A stretch of DNA of 64,000 nucleotides from Dicyema japonicum (Eukaryota; Animalia; Dicyemida), in contig RDEW01000017.1 of the NCBI GenBank assembly GCA_011109175.1, positions 1,030,671-1,094,670 on the forward strand, given 5' to 3'. The notes below the pieces were generated by a model that saw only the letters and a list, made by a program, of their open reading frames with translations, searched no databases and was not told where the DNA came from. Numbering within the stretch: position 1 is the stretch's first letter; every line of letters begins with the position of its first letter. Of this stretch, positions 54,960 to 64,000 are shown in pieces. Made by a program: the position numbers and the translations under genes.

Positions 54960-56420
54960 GGTTGGGGAGAAAATTTGACAAATATTCAACAAACGTGAAG
55001 TCTGAGATGCTCGTTTTCGATGGATTGGATAGATACTGATATCTTGGAGTTCTTGAAGATAAGAAAAGTAATGTTCTTAAAGGAGAAATTATGGATAAAA
55101 TCTATGAAGAAGCATCTAAGCGGATCAAAAATTCGACAAAGACAAATTTAAACTCAGTGAACCTGTTTAAAAAAATGAAAAGTATGCACTTTCACTCTAT
55201 AACTATTACATTGGATTGATTGATATCGAGTCGTCAGAATTTGAACAGATCGATAAAAACATCCGCAGAATTCTTATGGATAGCCACATACACTTGAAAC
55301 CGGCAAACAAAGAAAGACTTTATCTACAAAGAAATAAATTTGGAAGAAGCCTCGAGTCTGTCAGTAACAAAGCAGAACGAATGCTCCTTCGATTCTAAGA
55401 AGAGCGGGAATACTACGGGTCATTAATTCAAAGAAAACACATATGGCACTATCGTAGAATTCATTTCCCCAAAGCACAACATTGAAAATGTGAAGGACTT
55501 GAAAATGTCGAAATTGATGGAAACAGCATGAAAATCTATTGAGAAAAATTGAGAAGAAACCGCTGCACTCTATTTTATTTCAGTTTTTGAAAGACACAAA
55601 AGTGAATATTGCTGAATCCTCTGGATGGTAAGTGCATGGAAATCACTCCCCTATAACCGAAGGAAAGCTGTGTCTACTTAGGATTGTAACATGTTTTTTG
55701 ATAACGGAGAAACTAAGTGAGGACATTGTAACTCAGCAAAGAAGACCGTCGATCACCAATAGGTGTGGGAGAATGCTGAATTGCTCAATGAAGTGGTCAG
55801 ATGTTTACACCTACATTTCTGGCGTCAATATGGAATAAGAAATACTAAGAAACTGAAGACCCATTCAGTACAATCTGTTGTCGCAAATGAATTTGTGGAG
55901 ATTCGTGTAGACACACGATCAGTACGGATACGGCTGTAGCGAATAACATTTTTGTTTATGATAAGACAAAAAATACGATTAATTTTGTTGAAATTGGGAT
56001 CACTTCGCAAAACTGCCTCAAGCATGTCGAAATAGAAAAGTTCCACAAGTATGACCTACTGGCGAACGAACTTGTGATTATCCATCGCGCAAAGGTGAAA
56101 ATAATCTCTGTGGTCATCACCTAGAATGAAATTGTCTCCAGATTCTTCAAAGGCCACCTGGATGCCCTCAAGGTTGGAGGAGAGGGTCAAAGCTTATATA
56201 CAGACGCTAATGTTACGGAAGACTTTGGAGAGTATGAAAGGTGAGGAGAGGCATGGAGTATCGATGCCTGTTGATGAGGAAGACGGCAGGGAATGTCAAC
56301 CTAGGGTAGTCTCTGAATGCGGGGTATGCAGCGACGTGAACACGCCTAGAAAGGTGATAGGGGTTGGCCCCAAGAAGAGAAGATTCAGTTAGACGGGCGT
56401 TATAAAATAATTACTTTTAC
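54960..56420 (+). mobile_element. Microsporidia-like R4/RLE non-LTR retrotransposon, decayed
   Basis: INYYIGLIDIESSEFEQIDKNIRRILMDSHIHLKPANKERLYLQR..GR.LESV, KTVDH, NEVVRCLHL, HSVQSVVANEFVEIRVDT, VEIGIT..EKFHKYDLLANEL and AYIQTLMLRKTLES. Confidence 0.88.
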
Positions 56421-56439
56421 TTATTGTTTGATTAAAAAA

Positions 56440-57540
56440 TAAACTATTAGCCCCATTAAAAAGCACTCAAGAGAAAACATAAATTAGTTAAGTTTCCCTT
56501 GTGCCGCATTCCTAATCATCCTCTCCGTCAGCCTCGACCATGATCCTCTGTTGCTCGCTAATTCTCTTAGGTAGTCCAGGTCGCCCGCCGAAGTTAGTCT
56601 CATACCAACCACCGATAGGTCTTTGTTCACGATAGGCCAAAATGTCGTTCTTGGCCTTCCATGGAATCCGACTCCTGTTTGTGCGAAGAAGTTTTCCATT
56701 GCGACATTTGCGGGGACCTTGTCATTTAGACGTAACACGAGGCTCCATCTTGATATGAAAATATCATCTGACAGCACGCCGGATTTGCATTTGTTATAAA
56801 GATTTGCACTAGAGATCTTCATTGGCCACTTGATCTTGATTACCGATTTAAGCTGAGCTCTGTGGAAAAAGTCAAGGCGGTCCATTTTTAGTTTAAATAT
56901 TCCCCAAGTCCCAGAGTTGTAGGTTAATACCGGGATGACAAAAACTTTGCATATTCTAGGCCTGGTGTTTAGTCCTATCCTCTTTTTGTGGTTCCATATT
57001 GACGATATTTTTTTCAGTGCTCTCATAGCAAGGATCTTCTTACGAGTAACATCTTCAGAGTTCTTTGAAGCAAGCCAACCTTCTTTTGCTTTCTCCATGA
57101 CTCGTCCGATCTCCGATCATTACATGTAAGCGTTGTAAACTCCGTATTGTCGGTATTTACGGTTAAGAACCATTTCGAAAATTTGTGTGGGAGCCCCACA
57201 CTACATCGGCTGTAAACCTGTCTGTCCGAAATCCACTTTGGCCGGGGAATAGGAATTTGTTTACTTTGTTTTTTATCCGATGTAATACAGTGTTTTGTGT
57301 ATGGAAGTTAGTAGAATTATTGATCTAAGGTTGCAAATGGTCCTTTAGCTCTCCCGGGTTTTAAATAGAGGTATTAGCCACCCTTTTCCCAGTTCCAGCG
57401 CATTGTATTCCTGGAGAGACCTATTGAAAACATTGGTGATCATTTTGGCTAGCTCCTCCGGGGCATGTTTAAAAGTTCTGCTGATCTTCCGGTGTTCAGT
57501 TTTTTGATTGCTTGAAGAGTTTCCGAACGGAAAAAATAAT
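56440..57540 (-). mobile_element. RTE LINE with an internal deletion
   Basis: AELLKHAPEEL..GWLIPLFK..NLR at 57330-57500; VIPVLTYNSGTW..FHRAQL..GRPRTT and 3' end at ~56480. Confidence 0.88.
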
Positions 57541-57605
57541 TATTAAACTTTAAATAATTTCACAAAGCTATATTAATAACTCACGTGATTATTCAGACCT
57601 ACAAG

Positions 57606-58130
57606 CAGAGGTTCCAAACTGTTTTACATGCCTCCCTTAGAAAAATATACAATCTTGCGCCTTATATTCCATGATATAATACAAATATTATTTTTAGCAA
57701 AAACAATTTCTTAACACAAAAATAGTGAGATAATTTTTTTTCATTCTTGACAAAGTTTTTGAAATCTCGATGTCATTGAGGAGAGTAGCTCATAATAAAC
57801 GAGTTCGATATTTACATTTTGAGTTTCGCATAAATATGAGGTAACGAATGGCAATAAAACTTTCATTGCTTTTATCGACAAAATTAGCTATTCCTTACAT
57901 CGCATCATCCAAAAATGAATTATTGGTTCTCTTAGATTTTTGTTTCAATAGTGTATCACATTACAATTCTATCAATTTTTCTTTTTCAAAAATTGTCAAT
58001 ACAAATTCATTATCTTCATCAATAATTGGATTCTGTAACCATGCGAACGTTTCACAGTTTAGATCTTAAAATAATGAGCAAAATGCTCCAACAATCCAAA
58101 TGTTCAGCAAAAATGTTTTTGTTTGCTTGA
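57606..58130 (-). mobile_element. hAT Buster-like transposase C-terminus with terminal inverted repeat
   Basis: WLQNP..EKEKLIEL.CD.LLK..FW..KAMKVLLPFVTSYLCE..KYRTRL, with TIR-like cagaggttccaaactg at 57606. Confidence 0.85.
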
Positions 58131-58199
58131 ATATTGACTATGGCGCAAAAAGTATTTAACAGTGGGAACATTTCATAGATATTTTTTTATACACGCAAA

Positions 58200-58684
58200 T
58201 TGGATTCAAAACATTGAAAATATAAATTATGAAAACCCTTTTGTTGAGAATTACGAATATATTATATACAAAATGAACATAAGTGATCCTTTAGAAGAGA
58301 GAATATATCGAAATTGACTACAATGAAAATGAAGAACTTGATTTGAATAATTCGGAGTAAATAGAACAAGAAATTGATAGTGAGGAACCCCTTGAAGAAA
58401 GTCAGAAAGATGTAGCTATCAGCGAGACTTTTCTAGCCTTAAATAAATTAAAAAAATTCTATAATCAAGAAGAATTCTTTAATGTCGAAAATCTTGAGTC
58501 TATTGAAAAGCTTGGATCCTTTATGATCCGAACTCTAAAAAGAAACAAATCAAAACTTACTGATTTTTTTGCTTATAAATAATTTTTTGATTTACATTAT
58601 TAATGGATGAAAAAATTAATAAGTCTCTCGAATCCGCCAGATTTTGCCGATCCCCGAAATTGGCGGATTCAAGAGACTTTACTG
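58200..58684 (+). mobile_element. Tigger/pogo 3' remnant with right terminus
   Basis: C-terminal ..KRNKSKLTDFF; the end carries a 19-bp inverted pair (58621-58639 / 58661-58679) followed by tactg. Confidence 0.75.
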
Positions 58685-58779
58685 AATTATTTGCATATAA
58701 TCGAGGTTTTTATATAAATCTAATTTTACAAAAAATATTTCTGATAAGCTTTTAAAATCTGTTGAACCAAAAAAACACC

Positions 58780-58870
58780 GTCATAGCCAAATGAAAAAAT
58801 TCAGGTGATCTCGGCCTCCCTCAGCAGTCTTCGGATGACGGAACTGAAGGAAGTGCCGTCTAAACGAACT
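58780..58870 (-). mobile_element. Short jockey-family 3' fragment
   Basis: tcaggtgatctcggcctccctcagcag matches the family terminus at 47350-47380. Confidence 0.65.
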
Positions 58871-58924
58871 CCTCTGGATGGTTGTTGACTAATAGTTCTT
58901 TTTGGATATAATTTAAAATTATAT

Positions 58925-61150
58925 ATGGCGCCACCGGAGATGGGGAACTACATGACGCACGTTGACAATTCAAGCTCCGTGGAGCCTAATGGAAAGAGGA
59001 GGAACAGAAGAATCAAACAAATAATCTTCAGTTCATGTAGCCACATAGCACCACACCAACTTTGGTGCCAAGAGGTATAACTTTTCGCGTTTCCCTTATT
59101 GGAACCTTCTGCATGCAAGGGAGAGGGCTAAAACGAGTCTTGAACATCTCTCCATTTTTTATCTCAGAGTATTTTTTTAGGTATTTTTGACAAGAATCTT
59201 ATATAACTCATTATAACTGCGTCCTAATTAATTGCCGCTGATATCATATAAGTTAGTGAGGTCGGAATTACTTAACTGCTAATTGACTAATGAAGCGTTG
59301 TATGAAAAATGTTTTGCGAGACCCATAAGAATCTGTTTATCCACATTCCAAGAATCTACACAAACACGCTAGTCGTCATTTGATCCCACAACCAGATAAA
59401 CTGCTGAAATGTGGTGGTTCAGATGACCAAAAGGAACTCGACAAGATTATGTAATTCTACGCCGGTAACGGTTTTATCAGGGAAACAAGTGGGTTCACCA
59501 CTCAAACTCAGACGTGACGCAATGTTTTCACGGAGAAAATGGTATTCCATGCTTAAGAAGGTCGAAGCCCATATATTCCTCTGGTCCAGAGAGAATATCA
59601 AACTTAGTTCTGAAAATTTTGGGTTTATCAAAGCATTAACACAAAATTTGACACATCAGTTAATCAGAATGTGATTCCAACCGTATGAAACTGGTAGATT
59701 ATGACCAATCCTGAAACCTAGAAGACCCAAGGACTTCACATTATCTACAGGTCGATATCACTTTTTTGTTCTGCGGTAAAAGTACCGGAAAAACTTTTTT
59801 TAGACCTTATTTGTCAGTACTTTCCAGCTCGGATTCGGGAAAGGTTTTTCCATTATGACCCACCTCTCCTGTCTTTCAAATTAACGGATGATCTAAATTC
59901 ATCGGAGCATCAAAATTCTGTTGTGTGCTTGATTGGCATACAAAAAACTATTGACTCACTTTCGAGAAAATTGCTGACAAGATCTGTGGATCGGGTATTC
60001 CAGCCAAACCCAAAAGTTGACTGATAACCTTCTTAGGGACAAAAGAGGAAGAATTGTGTCAAGTTCTGCTAAAGTCAATCGCTAAATTCCTGCCTATGGT
60101 GTCCCACAATGGTACCCTTGTCGCTGATCTTGATCAACCGAATCCAAGGAAGGCAGTTTAATTCTGCTTGACCGCTTTAAACAGATGGTTGCAAGAGAAT
60201 CGATTATGTACTTGTGGTTATAAGTCATGCATATCAGTATTCACTTCAAATATGAAGTTGACGCATTCTACATATTCCCTAACTTAAATGGGAAACAAAT
60301 CAAATTCTCCATAAACATAAATATTAGAAATCACTTTTGACTCATTGATGACTTTCGAGACACATGTAGATCCTCTGCCAAAGAATATTCGCTTTATGAG
60401 TACGCTCCATGGACACTACAGGTAAGATATGAAGGCTACTGTGAGAGGCCAAGATTATTTAATGGCTGCGCTTTGTCTTAACTTAATTGATGATTTCTTG
60501 TTCTTTAATAATAACTCATCAAATATCTATGCCGTTTTAAGCGTAAAGTGGACCCTATCCCCAAATTCTCTTGTCGGAGTCGTCGATACAAAAAATAGCT
60601 GCACACTTATTCAATTATGTCAAAAACCAGGAATTCCACGTTCGTCCGTTTCACCATCGGAAAATGGTCGGTCCTTCTTTAGACATCTGTCTCAGCATAA
60701 GCGCAGACATTTCAAGGAAGCGATGAGGTTTCTCAATAAGCACAGAATGAAAATGGCAAAGGCGATAAGAGGAACCAGGCGTACCTAACTAGTTCGGTTA
60801 AGATAATCTTTTGGGTATTTCTTGGAAGGGTTCTCACGACTGTGGTTTTGGCTTTCTGTTATTGTAATCATGGTAACTGGATACTTTCAACAAACTCCGT
60901 ATTGTTGCGGTCAACTCGGCGTCTCCACATATTTGAACAAAAGGCGGATGCTTCTCTAATTTAGTTTGGCCAAAAAATTAAAAGCAGGACAAAAAGTGAA
61001 CCGTCAGGTTTTCATGTGGTCACCCGTTCGTTGAGAAAATTACCTGCTAAGCTTAAGTTTCTATGTCTGATCAGAATATCAAGTTCGTGTAATTTAAAAG
61101 TTCGCAAAGTTAGTAATTCAACTCATTTTCTATGGTTAAGTAGATTGAGC
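58925..61150 (+). pseudogene. TERT: Telomerase reverse transcriptase homologue; TEN-less and apparently decayed
   Basis: Motifs are colinear with human TERT (from memory): SSVEPN..RRIKQIIF (SSLRPS..RRLVETIF); CP NFSRFPYWNLL at 59079-59111 (NHAQCPYGVLL); QFP LVRSELL..NE..KCF..FQE; MFSRRKW (LFFYRKSVW); motif 1/2 FGFIK..LIRM; motif A VCLIGIQKTIDSL then LLTRSVDRVFQPN (RLTEVIASIIKPQ); motif C LNLIDDFLFF at 60477-60506; motif E W/GPSLDICLSISADISR (WCGLLLDTRTLEVQSDYSS); CTE LLRSTRRLH (LLLQAYRFH). Short GT-AG introns of 24-28 nt are present. Confidence 0.75.
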
Positions 61151-61572
61151 ATTAGACAAGTTTTAATAATAATTGTATAAATATGATCTAACGTAACTCA
61201 CACAACTCGGGAATTACTCAGCACCCAGAATTACCATCCTATGATCTGGAATACTCTACTGAGGCTAACAGTTTATTATTCAATGGGAAGTGATTGGTTG
61301 TTACATGATTGTAATTTTTCCATAAATTCTCATTTACTGTTCACACGTACCGTCGACAGTTGATTCTGACTGCCCAATTCTGATTCTATAACAGAGGAAA
61401 TCGAATTGGTGATCATTTCTACGTTAACAAAACCTCTGGAGCGGTTGGGAGCATGGGTGAAGTAATCGTCAACGAAATCTGAAATATGATTGCGGCACGA
61501 GTCAGGGACCTTCATAAACGGAAATAGTTTTCTGGGAACTCCCACTGTCTCTTGGCAGGTGGAGCATGATTT
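61150..61572 (-). CDS. Possible small unidentified gene, head-to-head with the ferlin gene
   Basis: A 71-aa ORF (VPRKLFPFMKVPDSCRNHISDFVDDYF..) ends at a GTACGT donor with a 22-nt intron candidate. The start requires an indel in a G run and downstream exons are unresolved. Confidence 0.3.
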
Positions 61573-61724
61573 ATTGCTATATAAAAGTACTCAGTGGTAA
61601 AAATTACTGAATAATTTATAGGAATTTAAAGGCAATTAATACTATCATAAACGTTTGCGGTCATTTGATATAAATTACTTTCTGCGTAGCATTCAATGGA
61701 TTTTGAGTAGTAAAGCACACTACC

Positions 61725-64000
61725 ATGGCCTTGCGGTTATTCGTCGATAAATGCTCCAATCTACCAAAAATGGATAAAAGTGGGGAATGCGACCCTTACA
61801 TTGATTTTCAATTTAGAAGTAAGTTTCTATTGACTTTGAACACAACCCTGCTGTTGCTAATTTCTTATGATGGCGTAGTTTGGGTTATTGATTATCCAAA
61901 AAATTAAAAATTATTTATTTTAGATCAAAAGAAGACGACAGATGTGATTTCTTCAAACAGTAATCCAGTTTTTGGAAAAGTAACTACCAATGATTATGTT
62001 TTAGGAATTTATCTTCCATCTCAATGACCAACCTCTCAACCTTGGTGAATCTATAGACGTGGTTGTCATGGATCGCGAGAGATTTGGGAAAAACAGGTAC
62101 ATATGTGTTTTATTCTGACTAATTGGGACTGCCAAAGCTAACTTGAAAACAGTTTTCCAAAAGCTGACCTGTTCATTTCATCTTCGACTCACATTCTCAA
62201 CATCCTTAAAGGTCACTGAGGTATTCTGTAAAGTATTCATCTTCAGCCTGCATTTGTTGACTTTAAGATCAATTACGAGGGTGCTCCTGAGGCCGAAAGT
62301 AAAAAGTTGGAAAATGACGAAAAAATTGATGGTTTGTTCAAATTTGATTTCCAGATGCTCCGATGGAAGGGGAGGAAAGTGGAGAGGATCAAAATGAAGT
62401 TGAAATCATTCCTAAGAAATCGCTAAAAACGGCAAAAAGAAAACAAAAAATCTCATACTTGATACTAAACCACGTGACTTTCAGGTTTGATAGTTCAAAT
62501 ACCCTAGATACGAGTTAAAATCGTCTGTGCACGATCTCTACGGGGGAAAACATGAATACTCTTTGCAGAGTCACCTTCAATGGAAAGCACAAACAAACTC
62601 ATATTCGAAAAGCCACATGCTCCCCCCGATGGAATGAAATATTCTTTTTCAACATGAGAATATCCCCCAAAGAACTAATGACAGAAATTATAGAATTTAA
62701 TGTTTATAAATCTTTGAAAATCAGGAGTGACCCCCTAATAGGCTCCTTTAAAGTATTACTCCTGCAAACTTTCAGTGCGACATGGGATTAATCTACGAAT
62801 CCCCCTCACATGCCATAGTCAATAAATGGCTCCTCCTCTGCCTACCAGACAGTGAACTTTCCACAAACACTGGATTCCTCAAAGTCTGTGTTGCAATTGT
62901 GGGAGCTGGGGATAAACCTCCCCATTTTGAAGAGGACAAGGAAAGCAACGACGTAGAATCGTTTTCATTTGTTTAATATTAGAAATCTATTAAAGTCAGT
63001 GGGGACCACTCTCCAACAGAAAACCTTCATTGTTAATATATACGAGGCCGAGGATCTCCCGAAAAGTTCAAAAGGCTGTAAATTAGTTTAGTGGACTCCA
63101 GTGCTATCTCGGTGGTTAAAAACTTCTTTGGAGTTTCCGATAGTAACGATCTTGTGGATCCATTCATAATTACTTCATTTGCTGGGAATTCTGTAGTTTT
63201 CTGATAAAATGTAGTTAAAATCAAGTATTCTCACAAAGACAGACAATCCTCAGTTTATGGAATCTTTCAGAATCAATTTTATGGTAATTTTCTAATTATA
63301 AGTGAGATTCCGACTTTGTGCGAAAACCTCAAACTGACTGTGAAGGACTGGTATCGTTTGTTCATTAAGATAGGGATAAATTGAATCAAAATGACTTGAT
63401 TGGAGTGGCAAACCTTTCAATATCTGAGATTTCTGCCTCGGGGGATAATGGTGGACCAAATGGTTCTATTATAGGCTTCTTACCCACATTCGGTCCCTCA
63501 TACGTTAACGTTTATGGATCTCACCGTGAAATGGAGACTTTCACGAATGACTACGACGATGCTAATATGGGGCTAGTCGAAGGATTTGGGTACAGGGGAC
63601 GGATCTTTATGGAATTGAAGACTATACCTTATAATCAAACTCTTCCGGACGTTGATTCCATAGATAGTACAACAAAACTGACGATCGGCGTAAATAATGA
63701 TACATATTCCTAGAAATTTAAAAAACGGCGACTTTATGTTCTTTACGGAATGATACAAAATGCCGGTATGCTGGAAGAGCATGACGGAATGGTCATGTTT
63801 GAATTAAGCATTGGTTTTACATTTGAATCAGTTTTCAGGACTTTACGGAAATATATTTGACAGAAAGTCAGAACCGACATCCTCAGCAACTCAACAAATG
63901 TCTCCTATATTCGATGGAAACCACTACTATTACATTCCGTTCGGTGCAGACAAACCAGGGATGAGGATTGAGTGCCAGTGGGAGGACATTATATTCAGAA
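61725..64000 (+). CDS. Ferlin (otoferlin/Fer1L-like multi-C2 protein), 5' portion; runs off the window
   Basis: C2A (CSNLPKMDKSGECDPY), KPRDFQIRV, C2B (PRWNEIFFF..DPLIGSFK..NKWLLL..GFLKV), FerI, C2C (EAEDLP..DLVDPF) and GFLPTFGPSYVNVYGS..YRGR. Introns are mostly 21-26 nt; A-run and G-run frameshifts occur at ~62450 and ~62543. Confidence 0.95.

Noticed and set aside
59280-59282. Stop-codon reassignment (ciliate-type code) explaining stops in TERT
   Set aside because: Conserved genes in the window have no in-frame TAA, TAG or TGA in exons and use all three as terminal stops.
60455-60494. A ~60-nt deletion between TERT motifs B' and C
   Set aside because: An alternative B' (LPKNIRFMSTL, ~60380-60410) plus a 24-nt intron joins motif C in frame without a deletion, so the claim is not secure.
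60550-61000. Minus-strand spliced gene suggested by open stretches
   Set aside because: The plus strand of the same interval carries TERT motif E and CTE matches, which explain it better.

Overview
This is AT-rich eukaryotic nuclear DNA, almost certainly from an animal, with very short spliceosomal introns (mostly 19-28 nt). That intron size, a motile-cilium gene (VWA3A) and a claudin/PMP22-like gene fit a compact-genome ciliated parasite such as a dicyemid; this is inference, not an identification. Recognisable host genes are a HIPK-like kinase, TEX10/IPI1, mitochondrial MCAT, VWA3A, a PMP22/claudin-family gene, ALG8 and a ferlin that runs off the right edge. Most intergenic DNA is nested, deletion-collapsed transposon debris: RTE, jockey/I-like, CRE and microsporidia-like R4/RLE non-LTR retroelements, a tRNA-derived SINE whose tail matches the RTE 3' end, hAT/Buster and Tigger. 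The most notable observation is an intron-containing telomerase reverse transcriptase (TERT) homologue at about 58.9-61.15 kb. It lacks the TEN domain, has Gly in place of the motif-A catalytic Asp, and carries several stops and frameshifts, whereas neighbouring genes show only isolated indels. All protein comparisons were made by eye against remembered family sequences; no searches were run. Boundaries of mobile elements are approximate. Several single-base frameshifts in homopolymers look like long-read assembly errors.
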